A DNA stretch of 64,000 nt, taken from Caecitellus pseudoparvulus (Eukaryota; Protista; Bigyra: Bicosoecida). The stretch lies in NCBI GenBank assembly GCA_965644315.1, contig CBFFRQ010000067.1:310001-374000 (forward strand). Direction: 5' to 3'. The translations under genes were made by a program, and so were the position numbers. The stretch's first letter is position 1, and every line of letters starts with the position of its first letter. The notes beneath the pieces were generated by a model. It saw only the letters and a list, made by a program, of their open reading frames with translations, was not told where the DNA came from and ran no database searches. This document shows positions 11,485 to 21,900 of this stretch, piece by piece.

Positions 11485-13960
11485 TCAGAAGTCGTACAGC
11501 GTGTCGCCTTCAAAGTCAGCCTCCCCGTCCTCAGCCTCCTTGCCGCCCCCCATGTCCAGCCCCGCACCCTGCAAGGCGCGCGTCAGTTGCCAGGTCGTGA
11601 TTTCCGCAGAAATGTCGGGGTCATCGCGCAGCTGCGCGGTGCTCAGTTCCAGACCGGTCAGTGGGTCCACACTGCCCTGTGTTGCCAGCCACTCATGAAT
11701 GGCACTGCGCTCGTACCGGATGACGCCCCCGCGGTCCCGCACTGCTTGTTGCAGTTGCTTGGATTTCCGCATGGCGGTCAGGTCCTCCGACGCACTGTGG
11801 GCCGCCAATGCACCCTGCACATCCACATCAGCCACCACTGCCTGCCGCAAAATGTTCCCAGTCAGCGCACACGTGAACTGCACAGGCACCTCGCCGTCTC
11901 CTGCACCCAGCACCGCGTCAGCGGCGCTGCCCAGTGGAGCGCTGGACTGCGGCCCAGACAAGGCGGACAGGGGCGCCTTCAAACCGGCACTGGAGTGCAC
12001 GCGGGCGGCACCGTGGCCTGTCCCTGTGCCGCCCAGTGCGCGGCTCTGCACACCGTGCCGCGACACGTCCACGCCAGCTGACACTGCCTCCCGCACACGG
12101 CGCTCAGCATCGCGTGCGGCAGCCTTGGCCGCTGCAGACTGAGTTGCTTGCACGGCCTCAGTAGGCGTGGAGGGCGACGCGTGCCCCGGCACCTGCACTG
12201 GCTTCAAACCTGCCACGCGCAGTGGTCCCGGCTCGCGCGCCTGTACGCCTGGGGAGCTGGGCGACATGGCCTGTGTTCCAGGCGTTTCCGGCGTTTCGGG
12301 CTGCACGCTGGACCTGGCACTGGAAGAGGCATCACGCAGAGTGTGTGCGCACAGTGCCAGCAGGGCCCCGTGTGTTCCATTGCCGCGTGCCAGCGGCACC
12401 CAGCCCGTGGAGAGCAGTTCCCGCCGCAGACACGCCTGCGACGTGCGAAGCGACAACAGGGCCTCGGTGAAGCCTTCCCTGAGCTGAGCGGCGCACTGAG
12501 ACGAAGTTGCATGCGAGGATGATGGTGCCGCTGCGCCAGCACTGGGAATGGGCTGTGGTCCACTGGTCGGTGCCGGCTTGGCTGGCGTGTGGCTGGTGGT
12601 GTTCAGGGCGTCAGTGTTCACCATGGCTGTTCCGACCAGGGCAGCCAACATGGCAGCGGCCCTGCGCGGGAGGCTGCCTGACGTAACGCCCCCCACCGCC
12701 ATGAGGGCTTCAACAAAAGGCGGCAGGGCCGCCACGGCGCCGATTTCGGCGCATTGTTGAGGCGAGAAGCCGAACGTGACCAGCGCCAGCAAACGCAGGC
12801 ACAGAGAAAGAGCACGGACAAATAGGGGGCTGACCAGGGCAGGTGACAAGGCCTTGCCTTCACTGCAGTCCGTTTTCCACAGCTGCGTGACTGCTTGGAT
12901 GTGCGGAATGAGTAGGTGCTGTGCAAGGCCGCTGGTCACGAAGAGGTGCTGCCGAAAGCCCACAGTGCCTGACGCGGCGCCGGATGCGCTCTGGTCGTCT
13001 GCAGCAAACGTGTACAGCATGTGAATGCTGCGGGCCAGGTGTGTCAAGCCTCGCAAGTACGCTGGCGCCAGCCGCTGAGCTGCGGATTGTGGCGAAGAAG
13101 TTGCTTTGGACGCCGCCGCCAGCACCCGCTGCGGTTCGCGGGCCAGGGACTTTCCCGCGATTTGCAGCGCATCCAGCGTCACCAGAACTCGGCGCAGACT
13201 GTCCACTCGGTCTAGGTATGCTTGCATGCCGTGCTCTGTGATCTGAGCGCCGTCACTCGCGAAATACGCGCCTGGAGTGGTCAAGTCAGCCAGCATGCGG
13301 CAGCAATTCTCCGCCAACGGCAACTCGTACGACGGCACCTTCAACACACTGACGAGCAGCTGCACAGCCAACCCCGCGTCACCGTTCAACCACTGGAGCA
13401 TGTCAGACCCCTGCAGCGTGAGAGGGATCGTGGGTTCGTGAGGGTTGGAACCTGGCGCGAGACCGCGACCTCCTCACAGTCAGCTCGTAGCTCTGCAGGC
13501 GGCAGAGGATGACCAGCATGAGCTCGTGGTACACTCCCACAAACATGCCGAATTCAGCCCGCCCCGCCTCCTTCTCAGCAAGGACCTTCTCGAACCTGCA
13601 CAGTCGGACAAGGATGGTTTGTCTAGAATGCGTAGGCAGCCGTGTCCTGCGCTGCGCGCCCTCTCACCCCTCCTCCAGCTGCTGCACAGCCTGCATGAGC
13701 ACTGACGCATACGCAGTCTCCTTGGACAGGTTCGCGATGAGGGTCAGCGCCGCGATGCGCTGCTTGCTGCCGCTGTCCTCCCGATTCAGGCAGTGCGAAA
13801 CCAGCACGCCCAGCGCTGCCTGCAGCGTGCCGACATCGACAGTGAAGAAGGAAGCGGGATCCTGGGCCGCTTGGGCCACGAGAGACTTGAGCTTGGACAA
13901 GTCTGGAGCAGCGCCGCTCTCGGCCATGCTGCGCAGCGCTGTGGCCGGCGCCACCGCCAT
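11485..13960 (-). CDS. U-box domain protein (putative E3 ubiquitin ligase) with helical/ARM-like N-terminus
   Basis: C-terminal U-box VPVQFTCALTGNILRQAV...YERSAIHEWL...DPLTG..L...L..D. Two upstream exons (MAESGAAPDLSKLK...QLEE; GFEKVLAEKE...YELT) splice in frame via GTGAG/CAG introns. Start at 13927, 13960 or 14062. Confidence 0.75.
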
Positions 13961-14197
13961 GTCTGAAGCGGAAATTGCTTCCACGCCGCCGGCCAAAGCC
14001 AGCCGACAGCCCCGTGCAGTGCCGCAGGGTGGCTTGCAAATCGGAAGAGGGCACAATACCATGCACGGAGTTATCTAGTTGATGGTGTTCGGGATGTGGC
14101 CCGATCTTGAACTTGCACCGTGTGCCTGAGCGCCGCCTCTGCTTTCCTTCACTTCGGCCAAGTGCAGTGCCGCTGCCACGCCAAGCTCTTTCACGTC

Positions 14198-17100
14198 ATG
14201 GCCCGGAGCAGCCAAGTGCTGGGGGACGCACACAGACTGGACCGTTTCAGCAAGCTCCTCTCTGACACGTACTGGACGGACATCAACGCTCACGGCATTG
14301 TCCATTCGGCCTCTGCGCCTGTGACCGTTTCAACGGTGTCTGCTGGGCACGAGCGGCCAAGCGTGCAACACATCCTCGCCTTGCCAGACAGCGCATGGCA
14401 GCCAGTGGAGGTGGGCAGCCACAGCATCGGACCGAGCTGGACCACACACTGGTTTCGACTCACCTCTACCGTCCCTCAAGCCTGGCGTCAGTTGCCAGTG
14501 GTGCTGCAGTGGTGCGTGGAGGCACTTCGCCACCCCTGCGCCGCAGCTCGCCCACACGCACAGTAGCCCCAATCTCGCTGCAGGGATTCGTGCTGCGAGG
14601 CACAGGTGTTCTCATCCGCTGGCGAGGCTGTGCAGGGGCTCACAGGTGGTGACGGCTGTGACCGGCGGGCGGAGGTGTTGCTGAGCAACGCCTGCGAGGG
14701 TGGGGATGCGGTGGAGCTGTTCGTGGAGGTGGCGGCGAATAGCATGTTCGGAGTGGGCGGGGGGACCATGATCAGCGCGCCAGATCCCGACCGCTCCTTC
14801 ACCCTCAAAACCTGCTGCCTGAAAGGTGAGGTCAGCGTGTGCGTGAATTTCATCGTCTCAGAATCGCACACACTCGCCTCCGACACTGCACAGCACTGAG
14901 CTCAGTTGGCGAACAGCTCCACTGGGACTTGCGTGTTCTGTACGACTTGGCCGACACTCTCCCCACCTCTGGAACTGTGCACACCCTCGGCGCCGCCGCG
15001 CTGGAGTTGGGCAACACCGTCGCGAACTTTCTGCATCCTGGCCAGCCTGAAACGCTGCACACCGCGCTGGAGTTGACTCGTGCGTTCTTCCAGGGCGCCT
15101 ATCAGGATGTCATAGTGCACCCTCCTCCACTGTGGCAGGGCACAGCCCAGGGGGCTCTGCGCCCGCCCCTGCTGTCCAGCGCACCCAGCCTGCAAACCGT
15201 GGTGGCGGTTGGGCACTGCCACATTGACACTGCGTGGTTGTGGCGGTACTGCGAGACGCGACGCAAGGTTGTGCGGTCATGGAGCACCATACTGCACTAC
15301 ATGTCGCGTTTCCCACGCTTCCCCTTTACGTTCGCTGCGTCCCAGGCCCAGCAGTTTGCGTGGCTGCGGGAGGACGACCCTGCCCTGTTCGCACGCGTGC
15401 AGCAGGCCGTTGCCGCGGGACGGTTCATCCCCGTGGGCGGCAGCTGGGTGGAGGGGGACGGCAACATGCCGTGTGGAGAAGCACTTGCCAGGCAAATGCT
15501 GCTGGGGGAGCGCTTCTTCGCAGAGGCGTTTGGAGCAGCAGCGACCTCCAACGTGCACTGGCTGCCTGACACATTTGGATACAGCCCCCAGCTGCCACAG
15601 ATCCTGGCCCTGTCTGGGAAGCCCTACTTCCTGACCCAGAAGCTGTCCTGGAGCCTGGTGAACAAGCCCAAGCACAACTCCATGTGGTGGGTGGGTCTGG
15701 ACGGCAGTCGAGTGCTGACGCACTTTCCACCCGCAGACACGTACAACGCCCAAGGGAATGTGCGGGATGTGCTGGCGTCTGCGACGCAGAACAAGGACGC
15801 TAGAGATGCGCCCATTGCGCTCATGCTGTTCGGCAATGGCGATGGAGGCGGTGGGCCCACCGTGGAGATGCTCATGCAGCTGGACCGTTTGTGCGGTGGG
15901 CATGGCGGAAGTCGCGCCAACGCAGCAGCTGAAGGCAAACTGCTGGGCGGGGAGCCGCCTCGATTTGATCTTGCAGATCCGATCCAGGCACCTGTGTGCC
16001 CCCCTCCTGGTGGCGAGCCTGTGGTGGGGCGGCATCTGCCTGGTTTGCCTCGCTGCGTGCACGGCTCACCGGAGGAGTTCTTCCGCACCCTGCACGCCTT
16101 TGCAGCCGGCCGCAAGCTGCACAGCATGCACGGCGAGCTGTACTTGGAGCTGCACCAAGGGACCCTTACGTCTCAAGCCTGCATCAAGGCGGGAAACCTC
16201 GCCTGTGAGCGCCTGCTGCAGCAAGTCGAAGCACTCGCCACGCGTGTTGCAGTTTGCTGTGCAGTGCACGGGCATCTGTCTGCTGCGCCTCGAAGTGGCC
16301 AAAGCGCTGCCAAACGCCCTCGACCTCACGCATTGCAAGCAGGGGTGTCTCCAACTGCCGCTCCCTCTGCGACTCGTGTGATTGAAGGTGAAGAGCAAGG
16401 AGGGGCAGCAGTTGATGCAGGTGCAGGCTCAGGAAGCGGCATGGAAACGCAGCACAGAGATTCAATGGAGGCTGAAAGTGTTGTTGGGGGGCGGAAACGG
16501 CAGAGGCTGGGTGACGATGTGGCGCAGAGCGTGCGGGCGTGCCTCCGCGTGAAGTTTGCAGAGCTCGCAGATGAGGCGACTATGCCAGCCGAGGCGGTTG
16601 GTGGCGTGGGGCGCGGCAAAGGAGCTGAGAGAGTGAAAGGCAGTGAAAGGCGAGAAACTTCACATGAGCGTTCTGCCCCTTATCCGCACCTTGCGCTGCG
16701 CCGGCTGTGGCAGGGACTGTGTTTGAATCAGTTCCACGATGTGTTGCCCGGCACCTGCATTGGCGCTGCCGTGCAAGATGCGCTGTGCATTTACCGACAC
16801 ATCCTTACAGTCGGGCGCAAACTCCGCGACGTGCTGCTTGACGCGTGGTGGGACTTGCAGCCCGGACCGGAGCGTGGACAGGGCCCCGTTCTGTGCAAAG
16901 CAGTGAACATGAGCCCGGTGACCCAGCTCATCCTGGCTCCCAGCGGAGTCGGGGGCACAGCGGACGTGCAGAGTCCTGAACATTTTCTTCCTCCACTCGC
17001 TGTCGAATCCCAGACCTCGGCCCCGCTCCCCCACACCGCCCTGGCTCGCCTCCTCGCGTCTTCACGCACTTGCGACCTGGCGCCTGTCGCCGTGCCGGCC

Positions 17101-18636
17101 TGGGCAAGCGTGGACGTTGGCGCTGAGCCACAGGCAGAGCTGCCAGAAGCTTTCGCAGTGACCTGCAAAACTGACGAAGTGCAGAAGTGCATTACGTTGG
17201 GCAACGCCTTCGTACAGGCGTCGATTTGCTGTGCGACTGGGCTGGTCACAAGTCTGTGTCTGCGGGGGGCCGGCGGAGGTCTTGAGGAAATGCTGCCTCC
17301 TGGACGGTCTGCCAACAGACTTGCCATGCACCGTGACGTGCCGCTGTTCTGGGACGCCTGGGACACCTTTCCGTGGGCTGATGAAGGGTTCCAGGACATT
17401 GCCAGCGGCGCGCGAATCGTGTCTGGCGGCGACACCGCTGCCTTGGCAAGCATGCCGAACCCAACACCGCCACCTTCCACAAGTAGCATTGGGAAGGCTT
17501 TAGACCATGGTGTGGCAGGGCCAGCACTGCCGCCGTGTTCAGTGCAGCTGTTGTCTCACAGCCCGCAGCGGGTGGTGGTGCAGGTGGCACGGGAACTCCC
17601 CTCAGGAGCGGGGCGCATGGTGCAGAACATCGTCCTGGACGCCACCTCGCCAATGCTGACCTTTGAGACTGCCGTCACGTGGCACGCCTCACACACTTGC
17701 CTGCGTGTGTCCCTGCCCAGCACACTGCGGACTGACCGAGCGACGTATGATTGCGCGTGGGGCACCCTGTCACGGCCGCTCCACGGCAGCCACCCCACGG
17801 ACGAGATGCAGCATGAAGTCACTGGACACACACTGGGCGCCTTTATCACACCGTCTGCTGCAATGGCTGTGGTGTCCGACGGCAAGTACGGCTTCAGTGC
17901 AGTGCCAGGTGCGTTGCGACTGTCCCTGCTGCGCTCGCCAAAGGCGCCTGATTCGGCATCTGACATGGGCACGCATGTCTTCAGGTACGCTTTTTGTGCG
18001 ATGAACGCCTCCACTGTGGGCACTCTGAACGCCTTGGGGCGTGAGCTTGGGACTCCGCAGCTCCTGCACGGCGACAGCCTGCTGCCCTGCCTTGTCAGCC
18101 TTGCCCGAGGCTTCACGAACCCGCCACACTTGGCAGCAGCGCCTGCAGGGCAGGATTGGGTTGAAGAGGAGCAGCCTGGGGGTTTTTCGTGCGGTTTGTT
18201 TACGGTTTCACCATCTTCCACTCACGCGTTGCCCTGCAGCAGTGCGGTGTTGGATGGGATGAAACTGGCGGAACCCCCGCTGGACCCGTACCACCCGTCC
18301 AACATGCCTCCAAGGACTGACCTTTTTCTGGAGGATGCAAGTGACGCCAATCGTGGTCAGCTGGATCCCATCCTGAGGCTGTACGAGTGTGCAGGTGGGG
18401 AAGGCTGGGTTCGGGTGGCTTGCCTCCTGCCGCTTGAGAGCGTGCAGGCCGTGAACTTGCTGGAACAGCCCCTGTCCACCCCTGCTGCAGCACATGCCAG
18501 CTGTGATGCCGGCACTGACTTCCAACACACACCTCCGCCTCTCCCTCGCGTGGAATTTGAGCCAGGCAACGCGCATTTCCACGTCCGCCTCTCAGCGTTC
18601 CAAGTCGCGTCGCTGCGGTGCCGCCTGGCGACGTGA
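14198..18636 (+). CDS. MAN2C1: Cytosolic/vacuolar alpha-mannosidase, GH38 (MAN2C1/Ams1 type)
   Basis: GPSWTTHWF, GHCHIDTAWLW, GGSWVE.DGNMP.GE, nucleophile WLPDTFGY, TQKLSW, HFPPADTY, GDGGGGPT, GELYLELHQGTLTSQ, NQFHDVLPG, LSLLRSPKAPD..DMG.H.F.Y. Introns 14512-14583 and 14826-14893. Confidence 0.93.
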
Positions 18637-18935
18637 GTGGAAAGTGGAGAACTTTCCAGCTCACCGTAGCCGTGACTTTGACGTGAACTCCATCTGCCGC
18701 AGGGCTTGTGCCTCAAATCGGTGAACCACGCCGGGGAGCCAATCCAGGCAAGCCCGCGCAGGCCCCTCCATTTTCCCCGTTCAGAAACCAACGCTGAAGG
18801 GTGCCTACAACATCAAATCTAAGGTCTTGACTTCCACGCAAGGCCGCAGTACTGTGCTGCACCAGCGTCTGAGCCGTTGTGAGCCACGGCGTGTTGATTT
18901 CATTTTCCGCTCACACCGCAAGCAGCACTTTCGGC

Positions 18936-21900
18936 ATGGCGGCTGCCTCCCCAGACTCCACTGCAGCAGATGGCGACACCTCCCCTTCATTCTACTCGCA
19001 CGTTTGGAGTTCTGCGGAGCTTGCTACGTCAGACTCAGGCCTCAATCCGGACTCACGGAGTTGGGCGGATCTGGCCAAGCTGCTGAATTCAATGGCGCTG
19101 CCAACGCTGAGCGCAGCGCCTGAAGGGCAGAGCTTGCTGCAGCTGCACTGCGTGCTGTGGAAGATGTGCCATTGTCAGAGTGCCCCCGTGCACTTTGCTT
19201 CTGTCTCGCTCTCCCCGCCCACTGTCAGCTCCTACTCTGCCGAGCAGCAGTTCACACGGCAGGGGCCGTCGGGTCAAATCATCCGCTCGATTCAGGTCCT
19301 GCACGCGACAGCCGTGGCTGCCCACACTGTGCAAGCCACCCCATTCCAGTGGCTCTGTGCGCGCGAACGGTGTGCCCGGCTGCAGTACTTCCACCTGGCC
19401 AGCTCACAAGATCGCCAAGCAAATGCGGTGGGCAGCGAGTGCACACTCTTCTGCCCTGTGCCGCCCGCGGTGGTGTCCAACGCATGGACAGCAGGGACAC
19501 AGAGCAAGCTTGCGCCGGACATAGGCGACCTGCCATCAAATCGTGTCCAGCTGCACAGCTTGAAGCTGGACTTGACTCCCTGGTGGCAGCTGCCCTTCCG
19601 CCGCCTGTTCGCAGTGTCAGCCAGCGCCCTGGTCGGCAGTCCTGGCTTCCCGCCCCTGCAAGTGCGTTCTCAGGGCATCAGCACTGTGGCTGCTAGCTCC
19701 AGTCTCCCCACCCAGGGCAGCCCCTCGTTCGAGGCATGGACGGCGCTTGCGGAGCAGAAGGGTGTATCGCAAGGGCCAAACTTGCTCAGCAGCTCAGAAG
19801 GACACATCGTCGCGCCAGAGTGGGTGGACACCCCAGCCGAGGCACCGGCCACTGCCCACACATCCCTTCCCTTGCTATGGAACCGCTCTGTCACGGGAAG
19901 CCTTGTCCCAGTGCTGCCTGTTGCGCTTGCTGGCGATTTCTCCTTGCCAGGTGCACTGCCCGCCCACCTGCGTCGCAGCGGCGCCCAAACTGTGGAAAGC
20001 TACTTCTTCGCAAAGAAGCTGGCCAAGTGGGCCAAGCACCACCCGGCACGTCATCCAGATGCACCTGCCAGCACTCAGGACATCAGGCCCATGCAAGGCA
20101 GGGCAACCTTGCCGGCGGACGTGTGTCTGGGCAGCGTCGTGCTGACTGATGTACCGGGCACCCACACCTGGCCCGAGTGCCCCTTTGTTCCTGACACAGC
20201 CGAACACGTGACGCATGAGGCGATGAGCGCTGGCCTGGATAGCGAATTGGCAGCTGCTTCTGCAGAGCTTGGCATGCTCGCCATGCCTGTGCTTCACTTG
20301 GGCAAGGCGCTGACATCCGAGGGCGCCACACGTGCCATGGTCCAGATGCACGGGCCTGCATACGACGCATCCATCGCCTTCACCAGTGCCGCTGAGAGTG
20401 GTGGCATGCGGTACCGCAAACGAGGTGCAGTGCCCACCTTGGCTGTGCGCCCCGATGCCGCCGGTTCCCTTCCAGCCGTGCCATGGTGTGTCAGTGCTGC
20501 CGAGCCTGCAGAGTTTTCGTTTGAAAGGATAGAGGATGCTAAATTAGCAGACGCAGAGAGGCAGCCGCTGGTGCTGGTCCCTTCATCCTCCTCCCTCAGC
20601 CTCTTTCCTCTGGCCACGCTGCAAGTGCTGACGTGGGCGAGTGGCTGGCATGGGGCGTGTGACGTGGCCTGTGTCCAGGCACCTCTCGCCTCCCACAGCA
20701 GCTTCGTGCAGCTTGGACACGTGTTCGCGATTCCCTTCCTCGCGGACATGAGTGCGTACCTCGCAGGGTGGGCGACCTGGGGCAGCCTCGCTGCGTCGAG
20801 TCGCATCCCCCGCCCCATGCTGCAGTCCCCGCTCCTGCAAGCAGCCTTCGTCCACCGTTCCTTCCGCTCCCTGCACGAGGGCGGCGGCATCCCGGACCAT
20901 CCCGATCTCCACTGGGGCCCGCCCCTCATTGCCGAGCCTGATGATGGCGAGGATACACATTCACTGTGGGGAGTGGACATGGGCGACTTGCCGGCTGGGC
21001 TGCGTGACGCTGTGCAGAGTGCCCAGATGGGGTGGGGCACGACGCCCCTCATCCAGCGCCGCAACGCTGCTGTGCAGTCCATGCACGCGGGCCTGTCTCC
21101 CCTCACGCTGGGCTGTCTCAGCCCCTTTCCAGGGCACGCCATGACACGGCACGACAACGAGCGGTTGGAGAAGATCGGCGATGCCGTGCTGGAGGTAGTG
21201 CTGCGTCACGCTGTGTGGTCTGCATGGCCCTCGGTGCCTCAGGAAACCCTGCGGGCGTGGGTGGCGGTGCTGGCCCAGAACGAGACGCTGCACGGCATCG
21301 CCCAGCACTACCTGAAGGTGTCGGGGCTGGTGCGGGCTGCCATCACTCGCAACGACCGCACCGACGGCAGTGTCGTGTCACAGAGCATGGACGCCTTTGC
21401 CGGCATGTCCCTTGGCGAAACTGCCGCCCAGCTGTGTGGGGCAGGGGGCCATCGTAGTTGGTTCTCGCCAGCTGCTCTTCTGGCCTCTGAGAACCGAGCA
21501 GCGAATGTGATGAGCGGAGGTTACGCTGAGGAAGGTGTGAGTGCTGACATGACGTCTGGCGAGGCAGATGCGACGGGGAGTCATACCTTGCTTGAGCAGC
21601 TGGTAGAATGCGCGCGGTACTGTCGCAGCAGCAAGCGCGCCATCAGTGGCCTGCTGTCTGGAGACGCCCTGGCGCGGCAAGGCACCGAGAAGGATCGGTG
21701 CAAGTTCGTGGCTGATGCTGTGGAGGCGCTGGTGGCGTGTGTGTGGCTGGAGCAGGGCTGGACCGGCGTGCTGCCGTTTCTGCGAGACATGTACGCACCG
21801 CACCTTGCCGTGCACCCGTGTGTGGGGCTGGCCCTGCAGAGCACGCTGGGTAGTGGGACGGCGGGGCAGTGGGTCGGGTACCGCACAGTCGCAAAGCGGC

